Positions 9,305-18,645 of a stretch of 35,808 bases of DNA are shown piece after piece; positions within the stretch are counted from its first letter, which is position 1; every line of letters starts with the position of its first letter. The stretch covers positions 1 to 35,808 of IMG/VR virus record IMGVR_UViG_3300046786_000603; one strand, 5' to 3'. Source of the DNA: a virus (taxonomy: Duplodnaviria > Caudoviricetes). The notes under the pieces are model-generated. The model ran no database searches, had not been told where the DNA came from, and saw only the letters and a program-made list of their open reading frames with translations. The position numbers and the translations under genes are program-made.

Positions 9305-10186
9305 ATGGCAACTAAAAAAGAAGTAAAACCAAAAGATATTCATTCCTTCTATGGTGGAAAAGTGCAGATCGAAGTCAAACCTTGGGGAGACTATTTCAGA
9401 TATATCAAAGTAGGAGAAAAAGGTGGAATGCTTTCTCCTAGTGCGATCACAGACAAGCTTGATAAGAGTCGATCATTGATCCCTTGGGCAGTTGGCTTGG
9501 TATGTTCTCACATCACTTCAACAATCGAAGTGAACAAAGCAGTCACGTTTTCAAAAGAAGAAATCTTTCTTCTAGTTGGTGAAGCAAAATTGAAACCTGA
9601 AGAGAAAAAAGTTGAAGGTGGAAATTCAGGAGATCTTATTCACGACTATGCTCACGAATTTGCGAAAGCAGTTATTTCAAAATCAAAACTTCCGAACCTT
9701 GATCATCTTAATGAGAAGAATGAAACTCACAAGAAAGCTATCAATGGAATAAATGCTTTTCTTGATTGGTATAATTCAAACAAAATTGAATTCATCGCAA
9801 TGGAAGATCCTATTTATTACAATTCATTCTATGCCGGTGAATCAAGAGAAGGTGAACCGGTGATTGAGTTCGCAGGACGAAGAGATCTATTTGCAAAAGT
9901 GAATGGTCAGCTCGAAGTTGTGGACTACAAATCATCGAAGGGAGTATATTCAAGTCAAAGATATCAGGTTGCAGGATACTTGAAAGCTCACAACACGAAT
10001 GCAGATAAAAAGAATCAAGCAAAAGGATATCGCATTCTGAACTTCAGCAAAGACACAGGTGAATTGATCGAGAAGTATGTTCCTGTTGAAGAAGCAGAAC
10101 GAGACTTCAGTGCATTCAAAGGACTTCACGCAGTCGCATTGCGTGAGAAAGAATTGGACGCAGAGTATTATGCAAGTAAAAAATAA
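9305..10186 (+). CDS. PD-(D/E)XK exonuclease
   Basis: G..IH, E.PI, FAGRRD, VVDYKSS, YQVAGY; start moved to ATG 9305. Confidence 0.82.
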   Translation: MATKKEVKPKDIHSFYGGKVQIEVKPWGDYFRYIKVGEKGGMLSPSAITDKLDKSRSLIPWAVGLVCSHITSTIEVNKAVTFSKEEIFLLVGEAKLKPEEKKVEGGNSGDLIHDYAHEFAKAVISKSKLPNLDHLNEKNETHKKAINGINAFLDWYNSNKIEFIAMEDPIYYNSFYAGESREGEPVIEFAGRRDLFAKVNGQLEVVDYKSSKGVYSSQRYQVAGYLKAHNTNADKKNQAKGYRILNFSKDTGELIEKYVPVEEAERDFSAFKGLHAVALREKELDAEYYASKK

Positions 10187-10404
10187 TGAATAACTTTGCA
10201 GAATATATCACTCCGGAAAAAGCAGTAAAGCTTGGAATGCGTGGATTCAGTCTTTCGGAACTCAAAGAAATGGCGAAAGATAATTCTGAATGCGAAGTGT
10301 GTTCCCTTCCGGTGTGGCGACTTGTTGGAACAGGAATGTGCTTCACTTGCACAACAGGTGAAGCAGACGCTAGTGACGATTTTGAACTAATTTTACAAAA
10401 CTAA
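10186..10404 (+). CDS. Small zinc-finger protein
   Basis: CEVC..CFTC; TAATG coupling. Confidence 0.6.
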   Translation: MNNFAEYITPEKAVKLGMRGFSLSELKEMAKDNSECEVCSLPVWRLVGTGMCFTCTTGEADASDDFELILQN

Positions 10405-10416
10405 AAAAACTTATAT

Positions 10417-10959
10417 ATGAATCTAAATAAAACACAAATCATCGGACGTTTGACGAGAGATCCTGAATTGAAAGCCTTACCTTCAGGAATAAAGATTGCT
10501 TCATTTTCTATGGCAACAAATCGTGTATGGAAAAATGAACAAGGAGAAAAGCAAGAAGCAGTGGAGTATCACAACATCATTGCTTTCGGAAGACAGGCAG
10601 AATTGATCGCACAATATGTTGCTAAAGGAGATCTCTTCTTTATCGAAGGTCGCAATCAAACTCGATCTTGGGAAGACAAAGACACAGGGAAGAAATTATA
10701 TCGAACCGAAGTTGTTGTTGAAAATATGCAGTTCGCTCCACGTTCAGGAGAACAAAGGGGTGGAAATGTATATAAACCTGAAGACGAGAATGATCTCGAC
10801 AAAGCATTCCCTGATTCACCTTCAGCTCCAACTAAAGGGAATTATTCAAAAAACAAAAAAGCTCCTTCATATCCAAAGAAGAAGCAGGTCGATTCAAGTA
10901 ATCAAGGAGAAATCGAGTATCCGGAAGAAGACATCAATCCGGAAGACATTCCTTTCTAA
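10417..10959 (+). CDS. ssb: Single-stranded DNA-binding protein
   Basis: MNLNK..IIGRLTRDPE OB fold; acidic EDIPF tail. Confidence 0.97.
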   Translation: MNLNKTQIIGRLTRDPELKALPSGIKIASFSMATNRVWKNEQGEKQEAVEYHNIIAFGRQAELIAQYVAKGDLFFIEGRNQTRSWEDKDTGKKLYRTEVVVENMQFAPRSGEQRGGNVYKPEDENDLDKAFPDSPSAPTKGNYSKNKKAPSYPKKKQVDSSNQGEIEYPEEDINPEDIPF

Positions 10960-10964
10960 ATTTT

Positions 10965-11147
10965 ATGTGGACAATAAATGGAATTTTATGTATGACAGAA
11001 GAAGATGTTCGCAACTACTGTCGAGACTACACAACAAAAGGATTCAAGCAAGACTTTCGTCTCGTATCAGGAGCAAACACTCTTCCGATCGGATCATTGA
11101 TCGAACTGCTTGATCGTCTTGGTCACGATGTTGTGCGAGAAGCTTAA
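10965..11147 (+). CDS. Hypothetical protein
   Basis: Tightly packed in the operon. Confidence 0.6.
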   Translation: MWTINGILCMTEEDVRNYCRDYTTKGFKQDFRLVSGANTLPIGSLIELLDRLGHDVVREA

Positions 11148-11148
11148 T

Positions 11149-11694
11149 ATGAAAAAAGTCAAAAACAATTATTGGAAAATACTTGATGAGAAAGGTCATC
11201 GTGAAAGATTCACAAACGAGAAGCAATATATTCACGAGAATCGCAATGAGATAGGCAGGTGTCCATATTGCAATTCAAACATCAAGGATCGATTCGCTAC
11301 ACTTCACAAGGGACTGATTGACGCATTGTATAAAGTTTATTGTTGGTGTGGCAAAAATCGAAAGCACGAGTTCCACACGAAAGAAGTCAAACATCTTTTC
11401 GGTCACACAGAATATGCTCGTTTCGGTGACTTCGTTCGGTTCGGTGGAATTGTTTATAAACCAAAGGTCGATGGCAAAACTCAAAAAGCTCTCTATGGAT
11501 TGAATATGGCGAGAGCAAAAGAGTTCTTTGCAGGAGAAAGAGAGATCCCTGTTCAGATCACTCTTGATCAAATAACCGGAGAAATTGTTGGAGAAGTTCG
11601 TTGTAGTGTGAAAGACTTCCCTGATATTACAGCTTTGCTGAAATCAGATGGATTGTATGACTACGAAAAACCGATTCAAGAAGTTCTCTTATAG
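11149..11694 (+). CDS. Hypothetical protein with CPYC motif
   Basis: Start at ATG 11149, just after the upstream stop. Confidence 0.65.
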   Translation: MKKVKNNYWKILDEKGHRERFTNEKQYIHENRNEIGRCPYCNSNIKDRFATLHKGLIDALYKVYCWCGKNRKHEFHTKEVKHLFGHTEYARFGDFVRFGGIVYKPKVDGKTQKALYGLNMARAKEFFAGEREIPVQITLDQITGEIVGEVRCSVKDFPDITALLKSDGLYDYEKPIQEVLL

Positions 11695-11700
11695 AAAAAT

Positions 11701-11946
11701 ATGTCGATAAAAATACTCAAAATTGAAGAAGCAAAAGAAGTTGAAAAGCTTTGCAAAAAATATGGAGAAGTGTGCGAAGTTCTATATGGAAAAGCAAAGG
11801 TTGAATACTTCTGTGACAATACCGGTGTCACAATTGAGAAAGGAAGTGAATGTGCAGTTGTGCTCGTTCTTCCTAGCAAGTCTCATCACAACTATCAACA
11901 TCAAAAAGACATAATGAAGGATTATATTGATGAACCACATTCCTAA
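11701..11946 (+). CDS. Hypothetical protein
   Basis: Operon packing; Cys-containing. Confidence 0.6.
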   Translation: MSIKILKIEEAKEVEKLCKKYGEVCEVLYGKAKVEYFCDNTGVTIEKGSECAVVLVLPSKSHHNYQHQKDIMKDYIDEPHS

Positions 11947-12265
11947 AAAGTTGAATGACGAGCTGAATGAAGATCCATATTATAAAAAATGTTGTCTTCA
12001 TTTTCTCGGTGGTTGTGGTGGACGCATAGAAAGACATCACGCTCTGATCTATGGTGGAAAACAATATCAAGCAAAATTCTGTATCCTTCCGGCTTGTCAT
12101 ACTCATCACGATATGGCAAGAAGGAGCGATATCAAAGAACGATTCGATTGGGTTCTACTTAATCGAGCGACAGATGTCGAACTGTCGATGATCAGCAAAG
12201 CGATTCCTTATACTTACGTTCGAGATACTCTCAATGAAAAGTTTGGGATCTATAAAATAAAATGA
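11930..12265 (+). CDS. HNH-like/Ref-like zinc nuclease
   Basis: CC....C.GRIERHH...LPACHTHHD. Confidence 0.65.
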   Translation: MNHIPKKLNDELNEDPYYKKCCLHFLGGCGGRIERHHALIYGGKQYQAKFCILPACHTHHDMARRSDIKERFDWVLLNRATDVELSMISKAIPYTYVRDTLNEKFGIYKIK

Positions 12266-12831
12266 AACTAAAAAAAATATACTTCACAATATTGATCGTC
12301 ATCATTTCTATTCTTGTATCAGTAGGAATTGCGAAGTTGGCTTCAGACAGTCAACCTGTTATTCCTGAAGAACCTGTTCAAATAGATTGTTGCAAGGCTA
12401 AAGATATTGAAGAATTGAAAGAAGAAGTTTTGAAAATTCAAACAAATAAAGGACAGAATGAAAAAAAAGAAGTTCTTGTGGGTTCGAATACACAAGAACC
12501 GGCAGTTCAAAAACCTGCTGAATTACAAAGTAATCAGACACAGACTGAAGTGATAGTTCCAAATCAAACTTTCAATTTTATTATTGAAAAAGATTCTATC
12601 ACTTCACAAGAAGTGCCAACACAAGAAATGGCTAAATCTAAAACAGAACCAACTTATACAGTGACAAAGGAAGGTGAGATAATAAAATCAGATCTTCTCA
12701 TAGGAGATCTTCAGAAGTTTGTTGCTTCTTTGAATACATACCTGACTTGGAAAAAGAAAGCGAATAGTGCTTCGGTCGAAGAACTAACAGAAATGCTTTC
12801 ATCAAATGGCTACAAAATCACTGAAAAATAA
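12262..12831 (+). CDS. Membrane-anchored hypothetical protein
   Basis: N-terminal TM and a Q/E/T-rich linker. Confidence 0.65.
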   Translation: MKLKKIYFTILIVIISILVSVGIAKLASDSQPVIPEEPVQIDCCKAKDIEELKEEVLKIQTNKGQNEKKEVLVGSNTQEPAVQKPAELQSNQTQTEVIVPNQTFNFIIEKDSITSQEVPTQEMAKSKTEPTYTVTKEGEIIKSDLLIGDLQKFVASLNTYLTWKKKANSASVEELTEMLSSNGYKITEK

Positions 12832-13165
12832 AGAATCGGATATTCAGAATTCTATTTGTGAATATCTCGAAGGAAGAGATCGTTGCTTCTTCAGACTGAA
12901 CAACATTCCTGCTTTCAATAAAGGTGCAGGGGGAAAGATCACAATGAGAAGACTTCCGAAATATACTCCAAAAGGATTGCCGGATATCATAGTTGTTGTT
13001 GGTGGTCTCTTCTACGCTCTCGAAGTAAAGAAGCCGAAGACTGAAACTTCAGCAAAAACTTATCAATCAAAAGATCAAAAAGTATTTCAAGCAAGAGTGG
13101 AAGCACACAGTGGAAAATACTTTGTCGTGAGATCTCTCGAAGACGTCAAAGCAATAGGGTTATGA
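12806..13165 (+). CDS. VRR-NUC domain nuclease (Holliday junction resolvase-like)
   Basis: ESDIQ..I..YL, GLPDII, LEVK, S..QK.F, YFVVRS. Confidence 0.88.
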   Translation: MATKSLKNKESDIQNSICEYLEGRDRCFFRLNNIPAFNKGAGGKITMRRLPKYTPKGLPDIIVVVGGLFYALEVKKPKTETSAKTYQSKDQKVFQARVEAHSGKYFVVRSLEDVKAIGL

Positions 13166-13599
13166 AAAAACAAATCGTCACAATCAAATACTCTCGTCCT
13201 TTCTTTTGGAGAATATTGAAAATTTTCTTCCCTGATTATGATCCTGATGGCACAGTAGCAGTTGCATTCGGAAGGATCACATACGCAAATATTGAAATCC
13301 CTGAAGATTATCAAGTTCACGAATCGATTCACTTGAGACAACATTGCTATTCTTATTTCGTTGCAGTCTTTTGGTGGATCTTATATCTCTTCTCGAAGAG
13401 ATTCAGATATTCTCAAGAACTCGAAGCATTCAGAGAACAATATAAATGGATCATCGTGAATCAACCTTTTTGGAGAAGAAAGAAACTTGATGAATACGCT
13501 CATCAACTCTCATCATCTCTTTATGGAAGTATGGTCTCATTCGAAGAAGCAAGAGAAAGGATCAAGGAAAGAAAAGTTGATAACTCTCACATCTTATGA
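13162..13599 (+). CDS. HExxH zincin-like protein
   Basis: VHESIHLRQ...ELEAF. Confidence 0.6.
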   Translation: MKKQIVTIKYSRPFFWRILKIFFPDYDPDGTVAVAFGRITYANIEIPEDYQVHESIHLRQHCYSYFVAVFWWILYLFSKRFRYSQELEAFREQYKWIIVNQPFWRRKKLDEYAHQLSSSLYGSMVSFEEARERIKERKVDNSHIL

Positions 13600-14090
13600 A
13601 AAAGAAAACACTAAAAAAGAAAAAACAAAAACACACAAGAACCAAAAATGAATTCAGAGATAATTTTGTTGTAGAGACAAAAGACTTTGCCGGTGAGATC
13701 GAGAAGGGAGCAGATGGAAAAAACAAGCTGAAGGTGTCATCTCCTATTTTCTATCAACATCAGCTTAATAAATTCAAAGCAGGTGAAAAAGTATCTCTTT
13801 ATATTTCAAGCAAACGTCCAAAAAGAAGTGAACGACAAAATAGATATTATTGGGGAGCGTATCTTCCGATCATTGCTGAAGAGACAGGGGAGCGAAACAT
13901 TCAAAAGCTTCACGAATTATTCTCTGGAATGTTTCTTACTGAAGGAGTTTATAATGTGCTCGGAAGATCTGTTCGTCTGAAGAAGAGCACCACAGAATTG
14001 AACAAGTCAGAGTTCTCTCAATACATTATGGATATTGAAGCAGAGACAGGAATTGAAGCTCCACCGACAGAGAACTATTTTGACAAGTAG
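13596..14090 (+). CDS. NinB/Orf-family recombination protein
   Basis: RSERQNRYYW..LHE..STTELNKSEFSQYI. Confidence 0.75.
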   Translation: MKKKTLKKKKQKHTRTKNEFRDNFVVETKDFAGEIEKGADGKNKLKVSSPIFYQHQLNKFKAGEKVSLYISSKRPKRSERQNRYYWGAYLPIIAEETGERNIQKLHELFSGMFLTEGVYNVLGRSVRLKKSTTELNKSEFSQYIMDIEAETGIEAPPTENYFDK

Positions 14091-14098
14091 AAAGCAAG

Positions 14099-14146
14099 TT
14101 ATCCACACACATCGCTTTTGTTTTGATACTAGAAAAGTGCTAAAAT
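14099..14146 (+). promoter_or_regulatory. DnaA box plus extended -10 promoter
   Basis: TTATCCACA 14099-14107; TTGTTT 14118-14123, 17 nt, (TGC)TAAAAT 14141-14146. Confidence 0.65.
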
Positions 14147-14190
14147 AGATATATTACAAGGTCAATTATAAATAACTTTTACAAAAAATT

Positions 14191-14646
14191 ATGCAAAATA
14201 TATTTCAGTTTCTTACATATATGATTCTCGGTAAACGATGGATCAAATGGGATATGCTTCAGGGCTACAAAATGGCAATCTTCGTGAATGAAGTCGAGAT
14301 TGATATGAACAAAGCGAAACTCGCTGAAGCTCAATCTCGAAAAGAAAAACTTGAGAACGATCTCAAGGAACTCGAAGGAACTCCATTGAAGGAAGCTATC
14401 GAACTTCTTCCGGAAAGCGAGAAGAACGATTCAAAAGCGATCTATGATATGGAGAAAAAGATCAAAGGAGAAAGAGCTGAACAAGTTCAAGTCTTCAAGA
14501 ATCAAATCAAGTCAGCTCACACTGAAGTCGAAATGGCAGATGGTGAACTTGCTCGTGTTTATTCAATCACTTATGGAAACCGAAGGAAGTATGACTTCGT
14601 TCGCAATTATAAAATAAAGGCAACTTATGCCGATCGTAACAAATAA
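14191..14646 (+). CDS. Coiled-coil hypothetical protein
   Basis: E/K-rich helical ORF after a promoter. Confidence 0.65.
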   Translation: MQNIFQFLTYMILGKRWIKWDMLQGYKMAIFVNEVEIDMNKAKLAEAQSRKEKLENDLKELEGTPLKEAIELLPESEKNDSKAIYDMEKKIKGERAEQVQVFKNQIKSAHTEVEMADGELARVYSITYGNRRKYDFVRNYKIKATYADRNK

Positions 14647-14651
14647 AATTT

Positions 14652-15176
14652 ATGCCAAAAACAAAATCAAAAAGTCAGGAAAGGAGAGAAGCAGTTCAAG
14701 GAAAAGAATTGCTTGATCTCGATTCAAGTATAGTCGCAACTTCAATCTTCTTCTTCGAAGCAATGAAGATGGATAAGTTTCTTCAATGGTCAATCAAAAT
14801 GACACTAAAGACTCAACTTCCACAATCATTTCGTGATTATAAAGTGAAGCTTTCATTCAATGAAGAACCTTTACTCGTAAAGATTCAAGATCTTGAAAGA
14901 AAGATGGCAAATGTTGAAAGCGAGAATCAGCTCTTCGAAGGAAACAAGAAGACTCAAATCAAGAATATCAAAGAAGAGATCAGTGAGATCGAACAAGAAC
15001 TGAAGGATTCAAAGAATCAAACTCCGGAGATCGAGTTCGAAGGAACAATCGAGAAGCTAGAATACAAAAATGCTGACACAGTGATCTCTCTTTGGATTCC
15101 TGCTATGGTTGCGAATCAAATCAATGATGTTCGAGACATCTTGAAAACTTATAAGATCGAACTAATAAGAGAATAA
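14652..15176 (+). CDS. Coiled-coil hypothetical protein
   Basis: Operon packing. Confidence 0.65.
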   Translation: MPKTKSKSQERREAVQGKELLDLDSSIVATSIFFFEAMKMDKFLQWSIKMTLKTQLPQSFRDYKVKLSFNEEPLLVKIQDLERKMANVESENQLFEGNKKTQIKNIKEEISEIEQELKDSKNQTPEIEFEGTIEKLEYKNADTVISLWIPAMVANQINDVRDILKTYKIELIRE

Positions 15177-15180
15177 TCCT

Positions 15181-15420
15181 ATGACTAGAAATTACGCAAA
15201 AGAATTGGGAATGAGATTGATGTCTTCTTCAGAGAAGACTCAAAAAGGTCTTCCATACTATGCTTCAAAGAATTGGACTCTTCGAAGGCAGGGAATTCAG
15301 AATCGAATCGCTCGTCAAATCATTCAAACACAAAAAAGAAAGGTCGCTCGTATGGAATACGCTCGAAAGAATGATATTCCTTATTATCAAGTGTCTAATG
15401 CGATGGCAGGTGTCGCTTAA
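15181..15420 (+). CDS. Small basic hypothetical protein
   Basis: R/K-rich; fits the gap exactly. Confidence 0.6.
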   Translation: MTRNYAKELGMRLMSSSEKTQKGLPYYASKNWTLRRQGIQNRIARQIIQTQKRKVARMEYARKNDIPYYQVSNAMAGVA

Positions 15421-15424
15421 AATT

Positions 15425-15757
15425 ATGGATAAAGCAAATCAAGAAAAAGGTCAAGGTTTAGTATCAGGGGCAGTTACACTGGAAAAAAATGTGTATGAGT
15501 TGAAAGACTTCAATGCAGGAGTTCCTTCACAACAAATCTGTTTTTACAGACTGAATCCAGATGGGACTTCTGAAAATGGAACTACTCTCGAAGAGATGTT
15601 GAATGTCTCAATAGAGAGACTCAATCAACTGAACAGAAGATTCCCTTGCAGAGAAAACTCTGTTGCTATTACAAAAATGGAAGAAGCTCTTATGTGGTTG
15701 GATAAGAGAACAAAAGACAGAAAACTTCGTGGAGTTGAAGGAACTCATCAAATATAA
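15425..15757 (+). CDS. Tad1/Acb2-family anti-defence nucleotide-signal sponge
   Basis: NGTT.E.ML.V.I.RL..L...FPCRENSVAITKMEEALMWL.KRT.DR..RGVEGT; start at ATG 15425. Confidence 0.8.
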   Translation: MDKANQEKGQGLVSGAVTLEKNVYELKDFNAGVPSQQICFYRLNPDGTSENGTTLEEMLNVSIERLNQLNRRFPCRENSVAITKMEEALMWLDKRTKDRKLRGVEGTHQI

Positions 15758-15759
15758 TT

Positions 15760-15960
15760 ATGAAACCGGAACAAATACTCGAAAAACTAAAAGGAATCAG
15801 AGAAGAATTATCTTGCAATGGAAATGCGTGTAATGCTTGGTATGTCATCAATGATCTTATTGAAGAAATAGAGAAACCAACAATTGATCCATCTTTATGC
15901 TCGAAGTGTCAAAGTGCTTCAGTATCGGTCGAAGGATCAAGATGTAGTGACTGCATATAA
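15760..15960 (+). CDS. Small zinc-finger protein
   Basis: CSKC..CSDC. Confidence 0.55.
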   Translation: MKPEQILEKLKGIREELSCNGNACNAWYVINDLIEEIEKPTIDPSLCSKCQSASVSVEGSRCSDCI

Positions 15961-15965
15961 ATATT

Positions 15966-16202
15966 ATGGAAAACGATTTTTTGAAAGCATTATCGAAAGC
16001 AATTCAAGATGAACTCAAAGGAGTTGTCGAAGAGAGATATGAGATCCTGAAGAAAGAACTCATTGAAAAGCTAGACAAGGACAAGGATCAAGTTATTGCA
16101 GGAATAGTTCTGAATCTTGAGAAGAGTGTGACAATAGACAGATTTGAAAACAAGTTAGTGATCGAAGTAAAAACTGAATCATTTAAGTCTGAAGTGGTAT
16201 AA
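15966..16202 (+). CDS. Hypothetical protein
   Basis: Operon packing. Confidence 0.6.
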   Translation: MENDFLKALSKAIQDELKGVVEERYEILKKELIEKLDKDKDQVIAGIVLNLEKSVTIDRFENKLVIEVKTESFKSEVV

Positions 16203-16366
16203 TGACATTACAAAGATACGAAGAAGTTCCGGCAGTATGCCAAAACAAAAGTTGTCCTTATTATCGATCCTTCGAACTTGTAGATGTGAACGATGTCAAA
16301 GACGATGAAGAAGGGAATGGATATATAATATGTCCAGAGTGCAAACAAAAAATAAGTATTGAATGA
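16202..16366 (+). CDS. 54-aa zinc-ribbon protein (not in ORF track)
   Basis: CQNKSC..CPEC; TAATG and ATGA overlaps at the two ends. Confidence 0.7.
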   Translation: MTLQRYEEVPAVCQNKSCPYYRSFELVDVNDVKDDEEGNGYIICPECKQKISIE

Positions 16367-16887
16367 AAACAAAAACCAAAACAACTAAAGAGAAGAAACC
16401 AAAGAAACCACCAAAGGTTTCTCCTGATATAGAGAAGGATCTCAAGACATTGAAACCTTCTCATATTCGGTTTGTGTATCTTCTTCTTGGTGGTGAAGAT
16501 GGAAAGTGTTTCAACAATGCAACTCTTGCATACCTTCGAGCATTCGAAATAGAAACAACAACAAGGAAAGTGAAGCAAGATGATGGTTCTGAAGATTATA
16601 CTTCAGCATATAAAAGTGCAAAAACAAATGGATCTAAACTACTGACAAATGCTAACATTCAGAACTTGAAATCAAAGCTCTTATTGGAAGTAGGATTCGA
16701 TCCTGCAACAATCAAGAAACGCTTCGCTGAACTTGCTTATCAAAACAAAAACCTTCCTATTGCTCTCACAGCAACAGATCGAGTTGCGAAGATTGCAGGA
16801 ATCCTTACAGATGACAAGAAGGTTGATATACCACAGCTTGAAGCTTTGGGTAATGCGATCAGAGAGATTCTGACGCCGAAGAAATAA
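16363..16887 (+). CDS. terS: Terminase small subunit
   Basis: F...Y...NATLAY.RAF..SAKTNGSKLL.N.NIQ; ALTA...AKIAG. Confidence 0.75.
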   Translation: MKTKTKTTKEKKPKKPPKVSPDIEKDLKTLKPSHIRFVYLLLGGEDGKCFNNATLAYLRAFEIETTTRKVKQDDGSEDYTSAYKSAKTNGSKLLTNANIQNLKSKLLLEVGFDPATIKKRFAELAYQNKNLPIALTATDRVAKIAGILTDDKKVDIPQLEALGNAIREILTPKK

Positions 16888-16889
16888 AT

Positions 16890-17081
16890 ATGATAACTCA
16901 AAAAGATGTAAAAATTGAAGGTCGTGAATGTTATGCTAAATTCTATTCAGGTGAGAATGAGTTTGAAGGTCAGGTATTCATTCAAGCTGATATGGAATAC
17001 GAAGGAAAAAGATATGGATTCAATCTTGTTCTTGATCAAAAGAAAATCGGTGAACTTAAACAATTTCTAAAAGATAAATAA
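16890..17081 (+). CDS. Hypothetical protein
   Basis: Operon packing. Confidence 0.6.
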   Translation: MITQKDVKIEGRECYAKFYSGENEFEGQVFIQADMEYEGKRYGFNLVLDQKKIGELKQFLKDK

Positions 17082-17084
17082 TAT

Positions 17085-17312
17085 ATGGCAAAAACAAATA
17101 CAAAAAAACATAAGTGCAAAGATTGTGAGAAATCACACACTGAATCAATTGGAACTTATATGGTGAGCACATACACATATCGAAATCACGATGGGAATAT
17201 CTACATTGACGCATTTTCAATCTTCGATATGTTCAACTCAATGGGACTGACTGATCAAGCAAATGCTTTTATGAGATCAATATCAGGTGTTAGAAAGAAA
17301 AAAAGTGAATAA
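17085..17312 (+). CDS. Hypothetical protein
   Basis: Operon packing; CKDC. Confidence 0.6.
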   Translation: MAKTNTKKHKCKDCEKSHTESIGTYMVSTYTYRNHDGNIYIDAFSIFDMFNSMGLTDQANAFMRSISGVRKKKSE

Positions 17313-17313
17313 T

Positions 17314-17457
17314 ATGCAAATACTAAACTGCGAACAATATCATAATCCATTCACGACTCCATACGCTTGTATAACTGTTCTTGATAGCTTGGCTTTCTTT
17401 GGTGCATTCGTATTTGTTGTCTTCTGTATTATTATCTTTAGTTCATCACAGAAATAA
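17314..17457 (+). CDS. 47-aa membrane protein (not in ORF track)
   Basis: MQILNCEQ..AFFGAFVFVVFCIIIF; fills the gap exactly. Confidence 0.6.
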   Translation: MQILNCEQYHNPFTTPYACITVLDSLAFFGAFVFVVFCIIIFSSSQK

Positions 17458-17458
17458 A

Positions 17459-17710
17459 ATGAAAATCGGAAGACTTCACAAAATGGGAGAAGCGATCAAA
17501 CTCAACAAGTGGTATGTTGGGATTGAGATCTTAAAGTGTCCACCGACAATGGTCGGAATCTTTCGTCCTTATTTCTTTTTTATTTGTGTAAAGTTCAAGA
17601 CACTCGGAGAACCATATATGATTGGTGGAAAGAAAGAAGAAAAGATCGGTGGTTGGAAAAGATGGTCGTCTCCGATTGGTATTGTATTTGAAATAATAAG
17701 ATATAAATGA
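17459..17710 (+). CDS. Hypothetical protein
   Basis: Start moved to ATG 17459. Confidence 0.55.
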   Translation: MKIGRLHKMGEAIKLNKWYVGIEILKCPPTMVGIFRPYFFFICVKFKTLGEPYMIGGKKEEKIGGWKRWSSPIGIVFEIIRYK

Positions 17711-17865
17711 TCAGAACAATAAGACAATGGCTTGAATCAAGGGGTGGAAGAACAGAGAATGATCTTCTCTATGATGAAAAGGGTGCATTCGTTTTGATGG
17801 GAAATGGTCGTGGTGCACATCAGAAGGTTCGTGTGCCTGAATATTTATACGATGATAGAAGATAA
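17707..17865 (+). CDS. 52-aa hypothetical protein (not in ORF track)
   Basis: MIRTIRQWLES..; ATGA and TAATG overlaps at the two ends. Confidence 0.65.
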   Translation: MIRTIRQWLESRGGRTENDLLYDEKGAFVLMGNGRGAHQKVRVPEYLYDDRR

Positions 17866-18353
17866 TGCAAATAAAATACGAAAAACAAATAACAAAGAAA
17901 CCATTTCTAAACGAAACAATTTCGCAATGGTATAAGATATCAAAGTTTGACATAAAGATCTGCGAACTCGACTTCCCTATCTTTTGTCTTCGTCTCGCAG
18001 TATGTTTCGGAAGCTATTCTGAATATCAGAAAATGTTAAGGGAATATTATGGAAGAGAATTCGAAGGTGGAATTGATCCTGTTGCTTGTTATACTTGGAT
18101 AGATGATCCGGATACTCACGAGAAAAGAAAGTTTTTATTGATCACAGAGAATGAATGGAGTGCAAAAGATTATGGAACTTTAGCACACGAGATTCATCAC
18201 TTTGTTCACTTGTCTTTGAAAGATATTGGAATTGATTATGGAGAAGGGGGAGAAGAGTTGTTTGCTTACTTTCAAGGATATGTGATGGAGCTAGTAGTAA
18301 AAGCTTTTGTTGAGCTGAAGAAGTCAGACAAGTCAAAGAAAAAAATGATATAA
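17865..18353 (+). CDS. HExxH zincin-like protein
   Basis: TLAHEIHH...EELFAY. Confidence 0.65.
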   Translation: MQIKYEKQITKKPFLNETISQWYKISKFDIKICELDFPIFCLRLAVCFGSYSEYQKMLREYYGREFEGGIDPVACYTWIDDPDTHEKRKFLLITENEWSAKDYGTLAHEIHHFVHLSLKDIGIDYGEGGEELFAYFQGYVMELVVKAFVELKKSDKSKKKMI

Positions 18354-18364
18354 TATATTTATCA

Positions 18365-18544
18365 ATGCCTTACATCTTAAAGAAAAACACAAAGAAGAAA
18401 TCAAAGTGGAAGAAGTGGCTCATCATTCGTGGAGACACAAAGGAAACAGTTGCTTCATCAGACACTAGAGCGAAAGCTTTGAGATCAATAGGATATCGTG
18501 AAGAAGCTCTCAAAGAAGATAAGAAAGTCATCAAAGTTTTATAA
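18365..18544 (+). CDS. 59-aa basic protein (not in ORF track)
   Basis: MPYILKK..; TGATATAAT 18346-18354 upstream; TAATG coupling downstream. Confidence 0.65.
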   Translation: MPYILKKNTKKKSKWKKWLIIRGDTKETVASSDTRAKALRSIGYREEALKEDKKVIKVL

Positions 18545-18645
18545 TGAAAGAAGAACAATACATCACAATTGATAAGAAGAAAGCAAGACGAGTTCTATAC
18601 TCGATCATTATATTTTTATTATTAGCTTTATTCTTCAAACAATAA
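18544..18645 (+). CDS. 33-aa single-TM protein coupled to the amidase (not in ORF track)
   Basis: MKEEQYITIDKKKARRVLYSIIIFLLLALFFKQ*; TAATG overlaps at both ends. Confidence 0.65.
   Translation: MKEEQYITIDKKKARRVLYSIIIFLLLALFFKQ

Noticed and set aside
10966-10974. Reverse-strand DnaA-like TGTGGACAA (also inside the portal and capsid genes)
   Set aside because: Within coding sequence, explained by codons, and not linked to a -10 element.
15181-15420. Ribosomal protein bS21-like call for small basic ORFs (also 21921-22151)
   Set aside because: They are basic but lack the ALRRFK and Y.KPS motifs.
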